Origin: Macrostomum lignano
Taxonomy: Eukaryota
DNA: 64,000 nt
Direction: 5' to 3'
NCBI GenBank assembly: GCA_002269645.1
Contig: NIVC01002042.1
Location: 4,374 to 68,373, forward strand
Shown: positions 37,653 to 50,961 of the stretch, piece after piece
Numbering within the stretch: position 1 is the stretch's first letter
Layout: the number at the start of each line of letters is the position of its first letter
Made by a program: the position numbers and the translations under genes
The notes under the pieces: model-generated
The model's database searches: none
Told to the model about the DNA's origin: nothing
The model's input: only the letters and a program-made list of their open reading frames with translations

Positions 37653-38266
37653 GTTAGTTGATAATAATTCTTTGAACAAGTGACTTGTTTTCGTTGTTTT
37701 TGTTTAATGTTTTTTGATGCTTTTTGTATAGGCCTAATATAGGGACTTTGTATGTTAGCCATTGCTGGTAGATAGAGAAGCCTATAATAGTTACAGTAAA
37801 TACTTATAGCATTTAATTTTAGTTTTTTGTTGAGGCATAGCAAAGTAGGCCTTTGAAATTTCATATTTTAAGCCTAGATACAAATTCAATACCAATAATG
37901 CAATATTAATGGTTCCTAGATACTTTATCATCTTATAGGCCTAACTCTGTTATCTTAAACTTTTTGTTTAATCATCCACTTTAAACTTTAAAAGACAGGA
38001 AATCTAGCCAAATGGCATGCTTTTAAGTTTGGTCAGTGTGTTAATACCAATATTCAATTTATAGATATTGTTAAGTTCAAATGTATCTAAAAACTAAGGT
38101 CAATCCTTGAGACTATAATGTGTCACTTTCTCATTCTAAACTTGGGACTCCAAAGAATAGTGAGTTATAACTACAAATATTGTTTTATTATAAAGTAATA
38201 TAAAATATACTTTAGAAGAAAATGAAATTATAAATTAAGAAAGATGCAATTATAAAGGCACAAAGA

Positions 38267-38735
38267 CCATAGCTGGGAAGGTAGCAGTTTTTGGTGAATT
38301 TTCTAGCACAAATTGGCCCTTTTTTGGCACACACGGCGCACATGGGGTACAAGGAAAAATTGGAAATGCTCTGGCAGCGCACATGGTGCATGGCGCTGAA
38401 AAAATATATAGTTACACTTTGTTATACTTTGCAAAATATATAGTGTTAGGCCTAATTCCATAATTCGTAAAATAAAATGTTATACTATCAAAGAGTACTA
38501 AAATTATGTAAATCACGATATAAAATATGTAAATGAAATTCAAATTTGTCTACCATAAATTCAAATTTGTTTACCAGTGAATTATTAATTACCTTACCTT
38601 ACCTTACCTAACCTTAGACTTACCTTATTGTGGCGCGCTGCGGCACATAAAATATTTTCTTCACGGCACACGGCGTGCAATGCTCAAAAGCCATCAAAAT
38701 AGTTCCGGCGCACACTGCCACCTTTCCAACTATGG
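38267..38735. mobile_element. 469-bp MITE with 8-bp TSD (hAT- or P-type) in CTDNEP1 intron 1
   Basis: 22-bp TIRs match at 19/22 (CCATAGCTGGGAAGGTAGCAGT). There is a perfect direct repeat CACAAAGA at 38259-38266 and 38736-38743. Confidence 0.85.
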
Positions 38736-38757
38736 CACAAAGATAGCATTCATTATT

Positions 38758-39325
38758 TGCAATTGCTATCTTGCAGAATCATGCATTAAACTCACTGTAC
38801 ACATATTTTTTAGCTATTGACATGAAACTTTCCAAAAATGAATATTTTCATTATGTTCATTATGCCAACATTTTAGAAGTGTTTTGGCAATAAAATTCAA
38901 TTGTGCAGGGTTGCAACTTAACTTTAATTGCAATTTCCAGGGTTTTTTTATTTTAATAACTATTTACAATTTATGTAATTTTGAACTTTTGCACTAATGT
39001 CAATGGCAAAAATGTGTCTATTGCCAAAATGAATTACATACTCTAAGGCTCTAAAAAGAGGGGTTCGGGTTAGAAATATTTTGCTACTAAGCTACAAATA
39101 TTGCAAATAAAGTGCTTTCTACCTAAAAATAACTTGTGGATGACTTTTGTTCCAACATGTATTGTGCTATTTCAATTAATAATTAACAATGGAATTTTAA
39201 TGCCTAAACACTTCTAAAATGTTGGCTTAATGAAAATACTCATTTTTGGAAGGTTTTATATCAATAGCTAAAAAATGTGCATATAGTGAGTTTAATGAAC
39301 AATTCTGCAAGATAGCTTGCAATTG
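38758..39325. mobile_element. Foldback/MITE-like element with long imperfect inverted arms
   Basis: About 38758-38920 (GCTATCTTGCAGAAT..ATTAAACTCACT..AGCTATTGA..GCCAACATTTTAGAAGTGTTT) is the reverse complement of about 39185-39325. No TSD was seen. Confidence 0.65.
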
Positions 39326-40401
39326 TATGGTATTGTGTAGATATTGCCAGTGTTTTTATTTGGTAACTAAAATAAATACCTTATAAATATTTCTCTTATC
39401 AGGGACTACTGAATATTTGTCCCTATATATTTTTTCATATGAGTTCAAACTAACTAAAGCTAGTAGATGGAGTTTAGGCATGATTTATATATGTTTATAG
39501 CATTAGGTTTTTATTAGATTGTACTATTAATGATTTTAAGTACAAAGGGTGTTTCAGAAGAAACAAACAATAAAAGTATTACACAATATATAAACCTTGT
39601 ATTTATTTTAGTTACTATGTAAATAACAATAGTACTATTTAAATGGTACCTTGCATTAATAAGTACTTATCAATTGTCAGTATTATTAAAAAATGAGATT
39701 GTTATCTTGTTATTTTTTTGAACTCTAAACTTATAATACTGATAGGTGACATTAAATTTAATATTTTCTAGTTGACAAAGTGATTGTATCATAGTTTTGT
39801 GGACAAAAGAGCAAACAAAATGGCAATAGACGAAACAACTGTTAACTAAGCATTGGTCTAGATGGAAGATATATAGGGTATATATTTTCAGGATATGTAT
39901 AGATAGATTTAGATATCCTTACAGAAATGCATTTTTATCTGGTTCCTATATTTAATAATTTTGGCCACTCAATAACTAAAACTTAAAAGATCATTAAAAT
40001 CATAGATTTCATAGGTAGAAGGATAGAGCAATAGAAATGAATGTTTATTAAACATTTAAAGCTGTTTTAAGAGAAATCTTAAGTCCACAAGGTCAGAGAC
40101 TCATCAATAGATATTTTTATACCACTTGCATATTGTATTGTTAGGGTTATAGGGGCTAATATTAGGATAAATGTCTGTTTAAGAGTGATGGGTTGAGGTA
40201 TTGCTGACATTCTTTACTTTGTCAATTATTGTGGTAAATGATAGAAGAGGATCATTAAAAGTTATGAGAAGTTAAAAGATATTAATTAGCTATAGATATA
40301 TATATAGACTATAAGGAGAAACTTTAAATGGCTATGGAGTATGGATATAAATATAGAAAAATTATGGTTACATTAGAACTCTACAAAACATCAATACAAT
40401 G

Positions 40402-40591
40402 CAGTGGCGCAACCAGGGGGGGGCGGGGAGGGCGGTCCCTCCCCCCCCCCTTAGGCGGGGGACCAAAAAAAAAATCAAAGGGGAGACCAAGCGAATTTTC
40501 GCCAAAAACAGAGCCACCCCTCCGCCACCCCCCCCCTCCCGGGACTTTACCCTCAGAATCCGCCCTTGAAAAATTTCTGGTTTCGCTACTG
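40402..40591. mobile_element. 190-bp hAT-type MITE with 8-bp TSD in CTDNEP1 intron 1
   Basis: TIRs CAGTGGCGCAACCAG and CTGGTTTCGCTACTG match at 13/15. There is a perfect TSD ATACAATG at 40394-40401 and 40592-40599. It is a GC-rich island inside AT-rich DNA. Confidence 0.85.
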
Positions 40592-40732
40592 ATACAATGG
40601 GATAGAAAATGGAAATATAAACTGAAAAGTCAATAGAAAAATATAGGACAACAAAAATGAAGTACCAGGGTATGTTTAAATAAATCTTACTAAATTTGAA
40701 TTTGAATATTAATCTATAAATATCTTTCCCAG

Positions 40733-40799
40733 ATCCAGCAATACAGAACAGTCAGATATGACATTGCTCCACTGTCGCCGCATTCCAAATTGCGACTAA
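40733..40799 (+). CDS. CTDNEP1: CTDNEP1 coding exon 2
   Basis: Acceptor TTTCCCAG| and donor A|GTAAGT, 67 nt. [22 protein letters not shown] matches the recalled human [21 protein letters not shown]. Confidence 0.92.
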
Positions 40800-40889
40800 G
40801 TAAGTTTACTATTAATTTTTTCAATGCAATGCAATATTTTTATTGTAACTTTTGGCACAAGCAAACTGGCCCGGTGCCACCAACTGCAG

Positions 40890-41008
40890 GCCGGGTCAGG
40901 CGCAAAACCCTTGTGCTGGATTTGGACGAGACTCTGATTCACTCCCAGCATGACGGCCTGGTGCAGATGGGAGGCCAGACAAAACAGCCAGCAGACTTCA
41001 TTGTTCAC
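40890..41008 (+). CDS. CTDNEP1: CTDNEP1 coding exon 3 (HAD motif DLDET)
   Basis: Acceptor CTGCAG| and donor CAC|GTGAGT, 119 nt. [22 protein letters not shown] contains the catalytic DxDx(T/V) motif. Confidence 0.95.
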
Positions 41009-41019
41009 GTGAGTTTGAG

Positions 41020-41570
41020 AGTTTGAGTATGAAATGTGGAATAATAGGAGTTCAATGTGAGATGTGGAATAATGGGGATTTCAATATGAGATGTGGAATG
41101 ATGGGGATTTCAATATGAGATGTGGAATGATGGGATTTCAGTATGAGATGTGGAATGATGGGATTTCACTATGAAATGTGGAATAATGGTATTTCAATAT
41201 GAATTGCGGAATAATAGGGATTTCACTATGAAATGTGGAATAATGGGATTTCAATGTGAGATGTGGAATAATGGGATTTCAATATGAGATGTGGAATAAT
41301 CGGGATTTCAGTATGAGATGTGGAATAATTGGGGATTTCAATATGAGATGTGGAATAATCGGGATTTCAGTATGAGATGTGGAATAATGGGATTTCAGTA
41401 TGAGGTGTGGAATAATGGGATTTCAGTATGAGATGTGGAATGATGGGATTTCAGTATGAGGTGTGGAATAATGGGATTTCAGTATGAGATGTGGAATGAT
41501 GGGATTTCAGTATGAGGTGTGGAATAATGGGATTTCAGTATGAGATGTGGAATAATGCGGATTTCAGTTC
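41020..41570. repeat. 28-29-bp minisatellite filling CTDNEP1 intron 3
   Basis: Unit GATGTGGAATAATGGGATTTCAGTATGA. Confidence 0.92.
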
Positions 41571-41610
41571 GGCCGCAATCAACTATCCACCCCATTGTCC
41601 GCTTCCGCAG

Positions 41611-41911
41611 GTGCGCATCGACCGGCACAATGTCCGCTTCTTCGTGCGCAAGCGGCCTCACGTTGACTTCTTTCTAGACGTCGTTAGCCAGTGGTACGAC
41701 CTGGTGGTGTTCACCGCTTCTCTCCAGATCTACGGCGAGGCCGTGGCCCAGCGGCTGGACAATGGCCGCCAGATTCTGAAGCGCGGCTTCTATAGGCAGG
41801 ACTGCCAAGTTGACAACGGCAGCTACATCAAGAATCTGGCCGCCGTGTCGCCCGACCTGGGCTCAGTTTTTATTCTGGACAATTCTCCGGGAGCTTATCG
41901 CACTTTTCCAG
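41611..41911 (+). CDS. CTDNEP1: CTDNEP1 coding exon 4
   Basis: Acceptor TTCCGCAG| and donor CCAG|GTGGGA, 301 nt. Encodes [37 protein letters not shown]...[10 protein letters not shown], typical of the FCP/SCP family. Confidence 0.95.
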
Positions 41912-42002
41912 GTGGGAGAGGTTGACTTTATTCTTGCTTTTTGTGTTCCCTAGTGCCTATTGCCTGCCTTCCACATTCCCCGGGTCCTCAAGCTGTGTTA
42001 CC

Positions 42003-42490
42003 CTGCCAGATCCTCGGTTGCTGGGCCAGCCTCCCAGATCCCCAGTTGCTGGGCCAGCCTCCCAGATCCTCAGTTGCTGGGCCAGCCTCCCAGATCCTCA
42101 GTTGCTGGGCCAACCTCCCAGATCCTCAATCGCTAGGGCAGCCTCTCAGATCCTCAGTTGCTGAGCCAGCCTCTCAGATCCTCAGTTGCTAGGCCAGTCT
42201 CCCAGGTCCTCAGTTGCTGGGCCAGCCTCTCAGATCCTCAGTTGCTAGGCCAGTCTCCCAGGTCCTCAGTTGCTGGGCCAGCCTCTCAGATCCTCAGTTG
42301 CTAGGCCAGTCTCCCAGATCCTCAGTTGCTAGGGCAGCCTCTCAGATCCTCAGTTGCTGGGCCAGCCTCCCAGATCCTCAGTTGCTAGGCCAGCCTCCCA
42401 GATCCTCAGTTGCTAGGCCAGCCTCTCAAATCCTCAGTTGCTAGGCCAGCCTCTCAGATCCTCAGTTGCTAGGCCAGTCTCCCAGGTCCT
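42003..42490. repeat. 28-bp minisatellite in CTDNEP1 intron 4
   Basis: Unit CCTCAGTTGCT(G/A)GGCCAGCCTC(C/T)CAGAT. Confidence 0.92.
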
Positions 42491-42731
42491 AGCCTCGCCG
42501 TGAAAAAAAGCTCTAATAATTAACTAGATTCCGAGTTTATGAGTTTCAAAAGTGAGTTTCAAACTCGCGACAGGTGCCTGAGTTATTTGTTGTCATCAAT
42601 CCATCTCAACCACTGAGCCAGAATCTCGCCTGTGTGTAAATTTTGTACACACACTATAAGGATCCTCGTCGCACTCATCTCATGCTACTCTTCAGTAGGC
42701 GATCTCTCTTATCCAATTCCGCCATCCGCAG

Positions 42732-42868
42732 AGAACGCCATCCCCATCGTGTCGTGGTTCTCGGACAGTTCGGACACGGCCCTACTGGCGCTGCTGCCGG
42801 TGCTGGACTCGCTGCGGTTTGTCACCGACGTGCGCAGCGTGCTCAGCCGCAATCTGCACAGATCCTGA
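42732..42868 (+). CDS. CTDNEP1: CTDNEP1 last coding exon
   Basis: Acceptor TCCGCAG|, phase 1. Encodes (E)[47 protein letters not shown]. The five exons total 759 nt, or 252 aa plus stop. Confidence 0.95.
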
Positions 42869-45800
42869 GCTGCTGCTGCTGTGCACCTATATTTATTATT
42901 GTTCATTTTTGTTAAATTTGAAACATTTTGTGTCTCTGTCTGTCTGGTCAATTTGTTTGTTTTAATGCGTGTTTTTGAACTGTTTAGACAAGATTTCTTC
43001 TGCCCCAATGCCGTCCGGCTTTTGTTGCAAAACAGTCTCCATCTTTTTTGCAGTCAGTTTGAGAATAGTAGCAGTTGACTTAATCCAGAAGGCAGAACGC
43101 TATACTCAAGACAACTGCTGCAAAACTTTTGGACAGCCAGCAGTTATCTTTAATGTAGCGTTCTGCCACTCTGGATCGTACTTGCGCAACACCCGGCCGA
43201 CTGGCGAGGGGCCCAGCCAAAGGTAAGTCGCAAAAATCCCCCCAAAAATACTGACCTAGTGCTAATTAGATGACGAGGTATTTAGCCCTAATAGTAGAGT
43301 CAGCTTACTCTCGCCGTTTACCCAAAATGACGTTAATTTTGCTTAGGTATCTTTCACAGGTAAGTCGCATTTTTGGCACGGCCGGTGTAAATCAAGGGGG
43401 TGCGCATGTATGCTCTGAATTATAAAGCAACTAACTGCTCTGCTCTTAAGCTCAAACTGACTGCAATGTAGTTAGCACAGCTCTAACTCTAATGGTGAGA
43501 ATTTACCATAGACAGTCTCTCGGTGGGCGTGAAACCTGGATTTCTCGTCTGCCGCCTTAAATTGGAGGGGGGGGTTCAATTTGGCTCCGCGAAGCCCCGT
43601 TCGCACCAATTGGCTACTGAAGATTGCTTTGTTGTCTATGGTAAAAGCTGCAATGCCGAATCTCTGCAGTGCTCATTATCAGAGACTTCTGCGATATAAA
43701 TTTACAATAGACAAATAATAGAGTAAAGATAATTAAGTAGTGTAGTTGTACCCCCAAATTTAAGGCAGACAAGCAGTCTATGCTTTTAATCATCCATGGT
43801 TCAGACTGACTACAATCTGAGTTAATATTTGTTCCGAGCTTTTGTCTATGGCTAAGAAAACCCGACGCAGATCTGACGTTACAATAATTAATTGATGGTT
43901 TAATGAAAACTAGTAAATAATATGCAATTAATTTATTTTCATGCACAAATTTTCACGACAAAACTCTTTACAGACGCTCAAAAGTAGTAGTCAAGTGGTG
44001 CGGGTGATTGTTTTGCTGCTTGTATAAATGTGTGTGTGCTTGTGATTGCATGACTTGGGCAGCATTTTAATATATTTCTTTATGGTTTCTATAGAGCTTT
44101 TTAAGAATCAAGTAAATAAATAATGCAATTAATATTGCTGTATGCACACTTTCCATTGGCTGATTGGAGATTTGCAATAGGAGACATATGCGGCATTGTT
44201 TAGAGGGTAATTAGCACTGAGCCTTTACTCACTGACTCGGTTTGATTCAGTCTTATCAACAATTAAATCTTGTGCAAAAAATGTTGTCAGCGAAATTTCT
44301 CTGATAAAAAAATTGTGCGATTCATTTATTTGTTAAATTTGCTTTTTATCTAGCTGTGTGCTGCCCTGTCTACTTGTCTGTGACTGTCTTTTGCCATTGT
44401 TATATGCTGTATCCGCTGAGAGTAGTATGTGCTGAGTTGGGGATTCAAATATGATATAATATTATATTTGCATGTACATTCTAAGCCTATTAAAATACTA
44501 ATAAATATATTTGCCATGCTCTGACACTCTGGCGGAACTGGATATCCCACACTCATTAGAACTGTGAATTGTGACCTTCGATTGTCAGTTTTTTTCTGGG
44601 TGGCAACCAAGGACTACTTAAGTAGAAGGACACAAGACTCAGAATTTCATTGGAGGCCGATTTTTTAATGTATCTCCTGTGCACGATATTGATCGTAAGA
44701 TGCTTATTTTGTCGCAGAATAGGCAGTAACATATGCACTTTCAGTTAAGACATCAATAAGTTGAATAATTCGGACTTTAACAGCTCAAAATACTTGTCAA
44801 CAGTACAGTCCTATATACTAAAAAAATAATCTAAAACTGCTGATTTTATTATGTCAAAATAAACAAGAAAGAACGTCAAAAGAGACGAAACTCCAAACTA
44901 GCAAGGTAGCAGATACAGGAAGAAAGATTTAAGACACTAGTCGTCCTTGGTGGCAACACGCCAAGTTGGGGTGGGCACTCGGCGGTGAACGTAATGCCAT
45001 AAGGGCCAACCCCAAGGCAGGGTGATTTTGTGGAGATTGTGTTGAGGAGGGTCTGTGCTGAGGCGGATCTGTGCTGTGAAGGATCTGCTGTGGAGGGTCA
45101 TCTCTCTTGTGCATTTTTATTTTTCGGGATTTTGACTTTTTAGACTTTTGAAGCTGTCTCTGAATATGTAATATTGACTGTGAAAAAAGACTTTTTTTGC
45201 CTAATTTCAAGCACCTGATCTGTTACTTAATGGAAAATTCGCTTTTATTGCAAAATTTCGCCATTGGTTTACTGTTAGTAGTCTGTTAAATTAGTCTGTT
45301 AGTAACAGAAAGGCGCTCGAATCTTGGAATTTGTTACGGAATCAATACACCATGTGACCGGCGTGTAGACTGCAACTTCCGTGTTCGAATCAAGCAAAGG
45401 GTCTTTGTTACTTTTGCGCACAAAATAATCGCTTTTTCTGCGCGCTGTTTACTTGGCAACAAAAGCTGCTGTCTTTTGTATAACTCCAGTTTAATCAAGA
45501 GTTGGAGCTGAACATATATTTAAAAGTGGACAGGCGCGGCGGCGCCTCAAGTAGCGCTTTGAGACGGCTCTGAGAACGCTATATATGCGCTCCTTTATAA
45601 TGCCGCTCTGTGTGGTACTTTCAATTGCGGCTTGAGTTTCTCCCCTTATACAGCGCTCGCCGCCTGTGCGAGGGCTATGAGGAGAGGAAAAGGGAAAGTG
45701 TGAAAATGCGCGCCAGAGAGAGAGACCGTCGGAGAAGCGGCAGTGTGTCGGTTTCTCCCACTCACAATATAGCTATCCGCGCCTTTCATTCTCAATTATT

Positions 45801-46167
45801 TTGGCTGGCCAACGGCAGAATTGGCACTCAAGTGTTGGAGTTCCTTTTTAGAGGAGGCTTCGGCTAAAGCCTTGGAAACTCAACACCCAATTAATAGGCT
45901 CTTTGCTTAGCCGTTTGTTCCTAACTTTCTGCGGTGTATAGCCCCCCCCCTCAGATCCTCCATTGTTCGCGATAAAAGCGCTGATTGCGACTCTCAATGC
46001 GACCCGCGGCAGTTCATTGGCTCGTAGAGAGTGTCTGCTGTGGCTGTCAACTTTTTCTGTCGCCTCAGATAGACAAAAAAATACAAAACTAAACCAAAAT
46101 GTCAAAAAATATTTGTCAAGAGATACTTTAAAGTCTAAAAGTAAAAATATCAAGTCCAAATCTAACA

Positions 46168-47515
46168 GACAGACAGATTGCAATCGGCACAGATTGCACT
46201 AGGCACAGAGTTCAATAGACACAGATTGCAGTAGGCACAGATTACAATAGGCACAGATTGCAAGAGGTACAGATTGCAATAGACACAGATTGTAATAGGT
46301 ACAGATTGCAATAGGCACAGATTGCAATAGATACAGATTGCAATAGGCACAGATTGCAATAGGCACAGATTACAATAGGCACAGATTGCAATAGGCACAG
46401 ATTGCAATAGGTACAGATTGCAATAGGTACAGATTGCAATAGACACAGATTGCAATAGACACAGACTGCAATAGGCACAGATTGCAATAGACACAGATTG
46501 CAATAGGCACAGATTACAATAGGCACAGATTGCAATAGGTACAGATTGCAATAGGTACAGATTGCAATAGGTACAGATTGCAATAGGCACAGATTGCAAT
46601 AGACACAGATTGCAATAGACACAGACTGCAATAGGCACAGATTGCAATAGACACAGATTGCAATAGGCACAGATTACAATAGGCACAGATTGCAATCGGC
46701 ACAGATTGCAATAGGCACAGATTGCAGTAGGCACAGATTGCAATAGGCACAGATTACAATAGGCACAGATTGCAATAGGCACAGATTGCAATAGGTACAG
46801 ATTGCAATAGGTACAGATTGCAATAGACACAGATTGCAATAGACACAGACTGCAATAGGCACAGATTGCAATAGGTACAGATTGCAATAGGTACAGATTG
46901 CAATAGGCACAGAGTTCAATAGACACAGATTGCAGTAGGCACAGATTACAATAGGCACAGATTGCAAGAGGTACAGATTGCAATAGACACAGATTGTAAT
47001 AGGTACAGATTGCAATAGGCACAGATTGCAATAGATACAGATTACAATAGGCACAGATTGCAATAGGCACAGATTACAATAGGCACAGATTGCAATAGGC
47101 ACAGATTGCAATAGGTACAGATTGCAATAGGTACAGATTGCAATAGACACAGATTGCAATAGACACAGACTGCAATAGGCACAGATTGCAATAGACACAG
47201 ATTGCAATAGGCACAGATTACAATAGGTACAGATTGCAATAGGTACAGATTGCAATAGGTACAGATTGCAATAGACACAGACTGCAATAGGCACAGATTG
47301 CAATAGACACAGATTGCAATAGGCACAGATTACAATAGGCACAGATTGCAATCGGCACAGATTGCAATAGGCACAGATTGCAGTAGGCACAGATTGCAAT
47401 AGACACAGCTTGCAATAGGCACAGATTGCAATAGACACAGATTGCAATAGGCACAGATTGCAATAGACACAGATTGCAATAGGCACAGATTGCAATAGAC
47501 ACAGAGTTCAATAGA
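46168..47515. repeat. 16-bp minisatellite (about 1.35 kb)
   Basis: Unit CACAGATTGCAATAGG. It is the source of the Cys-rich pseudo-ORFs. Confidence 0.95.
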
Positions 47516-48019
47516 TATAGACTCCAACAGACACAAACTAAAACAGACCAAACAAACACAAACAAACGCAAAACAGAGCAGAGAGACTCCTGCCAATAAA
47601 AAGTAGGTTGTAGCCACACATCATTATAATCTCTAGCAGAACAAAGCAGACTTACGGCCAACTGTCCTCCCAACCCCCTGTTGAGCACTGAACTCCGGAA
47701 CCTGGGGTGAATTTCCTGAATTTGTCCCGAAGTGCTTGTGCTGCTTTTCCCAAACGATGACGAGTTTATGGGCTGCTTGTAGCAGTTGGATTTGCGCTGA
47801 GAATGCAGTTCTCAGCAGTTGGATTTGCGTCCTGTTGAACTCACTGAAGCACCTACCTATGTATGAGACAAGGATGCTTGGTCTAAAAAATAGCGGAAAA
47901 AGTGGTTCTCCTGCTAGGCCAAGCAGCACCACTTGACAGTCACCAGACCAGTGCGTGTTGCAGTCACAGAGCAAATTACTTGTAGACAATGTCCAGTGTT
48001 TTTTTAACCTTTGCCAATT

Positions 48020-48200
48020 TAGTTAGTGGTGTTAAAGGGGCTGAGTAGCGTCATAGGGGTTTGATTCCCCTGAACGGCCACATTAATTTGTGGTTCGTAC
48101 GCACCAGGGCCAACCCCCAAGGCACGGAGAGTGTACACATGCCTGACGTTTAGAAAGTCAGGGCGGATGTACATGTACACCCTGTGTGAGCGAGTGTGTG
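48020..48200 (+). mobile_element. Diverged copy of the same SINE family
   Basis: B-box-like GGTTTGATTCCC followed by AGGGCCAACCCCCAAGGCAC..GTGTACA..ATGCC..GTACACCCTGTGTGAG. A shorter core fragment lies at about 44995-45022. Confidence 0.5.
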
Positions 48201-48214
48201 CTAGTAATAGTGAG

Positions 48215-48630
48215 CTCTGCTCAGATCCCCAATAATCTCAGCTCAGATCCCAAGTAATCTCAGCTCAGGTCCCCAATAATCTCTGCTCAGATCCCCAGTA
48301 ATCTCAGCTCAGATCCCCAGTAATCTCAGCTCAGATCCCCAGTAATCTCAGCTCAGATCCCCAATCATCTCAGCTCAGATCCCCATAAATCTCAGCTCAG
48401 ATCCCCAATCATCTCAGCTCAGATCCCCAGAAATCTCAGCTCAGATCCCCAATCATCTCAGCTCAGATCCCCAGAAATCTCAGCTCAGATCCCCAATCAT
48501 CTCAGCTCAGATCCCCAGAAATCTCAGCTCAGATCCCCAATAATCTTAGCTCAGATCCCCAGAAATCTCAGCTCAGATCCCCAATCATCTCAGCTCAGAT
48601 CCCCAATAATCTCAGCTCAGATCCCCAGTA
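48215..48630. repeat. 22-bp minisatellite directly after the SINE copy
   Basis: Unit ATCTCAGCTCAGATCCCCA(G/A)NN. Confidence 0.92.
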
Positions 48631-49287
48631 ACCACAGTGCTGAAATATATGGAAGGTATTCCCATTCCCTCTGAGACCGCAGCAGCAGGCAATGTCCCTT
48701 TGAAAAATACAAAGGGAACTGAGGCCAGAGTCTCAGACAAAGAGCAAATCCCCTTGCCACTTTGCAACCAGCGCAGCTCCCATTGTCTCCGGCAGAGCTG
48801 ACAGGCACAGCAGGCCCGCCGTATTTGACAAGAATCAGAAAAGTCCCACGGGGAAAGTGATACGAGCTCAACCCATGGCTGATGAAGCTATTATTTACAC
48901 ATTTTAGGAGTCGAAAAAATTGGTAGCAGACTCTGCAGCCAGGGTGTCGGCATTGTTTGACTTTGGCCACTTCAGATCTTTCTGCATTGCATAGCCCAGT
49001 TCTGAGCCTGCTGCTAGCCTGGATACACGGCGGCAGAGGGCGGCTGCAGCTGGGCGCCGATTCCAGCTGGACGCCTTGCGCGTATCGGATTACTCGGCAG
49101 CTGGAGAGAGCGAAACCGCCTAGTGACTCTCTGCGATATATTTATAGAGTACCGGCTCATTGTTCAGCCCTGTCTGCTATTGCTGCCCTCTCCGCTTGTC
49201 ACTCTTCATGTCATATTTGCCTCCGGAAATTCTTTGCGAATATTTTTGACCTGCTTTTTTCTAAGCTTTCGTAATTAAAATATCTTG

Positions 49288-50438
<1,151 letters not shown>

Positions 50439-50961
50439 GAGGCATACAGAGTCAGAAAGATAAGTAGTACCGTGAACAGCATGCGAGCACAATGGGCCCG
50501 CACTGAGCATGGAAGCTCATTTTGATCAGATTTCTCCCAAATGCCAGCTCTTTGCCAGCTGTCCGGCTTGTCAATCAAGCAGCAGCCCTTCCTGACAACC
50601 TGTCTGGCATGCATCGAGCCCCAGTGCCCCAATGAAGTGGCAGTGCAGAATGAAGCGGACTCAGCCGCTGCATTTAGCCAGCCATGTGACTCACGTCGCT
50701 GCCTTCTCACTTTCCCCCCCCTCGTCTCATTGGTTCGCCATGCGTGAGCCAAACCCGCAATGTTTGCGGCCTTCTCCTCCGTCCAGCTCCGCCCACTTTC
50801 CCCTTTTTGATCGCGCGAGTAGAGGGAAGAGAAGCATTTTTCTAGAGAAAAAACTTTGGTTAGAAGAAAAATGACCAACTGACTCAATTATCGGCTTTGA
50901 TAATTCTCTTGAAGGAACAGGTGTGAAAATTAGTTTAATGGTTTACCTTTGTGCTGATTGC

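Noticed and set aside
43051-43222. Plus-strand exon-like frame ending at a GTAAGT donor
   Set aside because: It has no recognisable product and lies just past the CTDNEP1 stop, so it may be UTR. It was not called as CDS.
45963-46030. Peptide LNATRGSS identical to eight residues in the last C1orf87-like exon, with different codons
   Set aside because: The flanking residues show no similarity and there is no exon structure. It is treated as chance, although a tBLASTn would settle it.
47650-47990. Minus-strand ORF 47633..47989 with an internal GTAAGT donor
   Set aside because: It has no motif and no partner exons.
48995-49123. Possible terminal exon PSSEPAASLDTRRQR...ESETA-TAG after the acceptor TGCATAG
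   Set aside because: The composition is plausible, but there is no homology and no supportable upstream exon chain.
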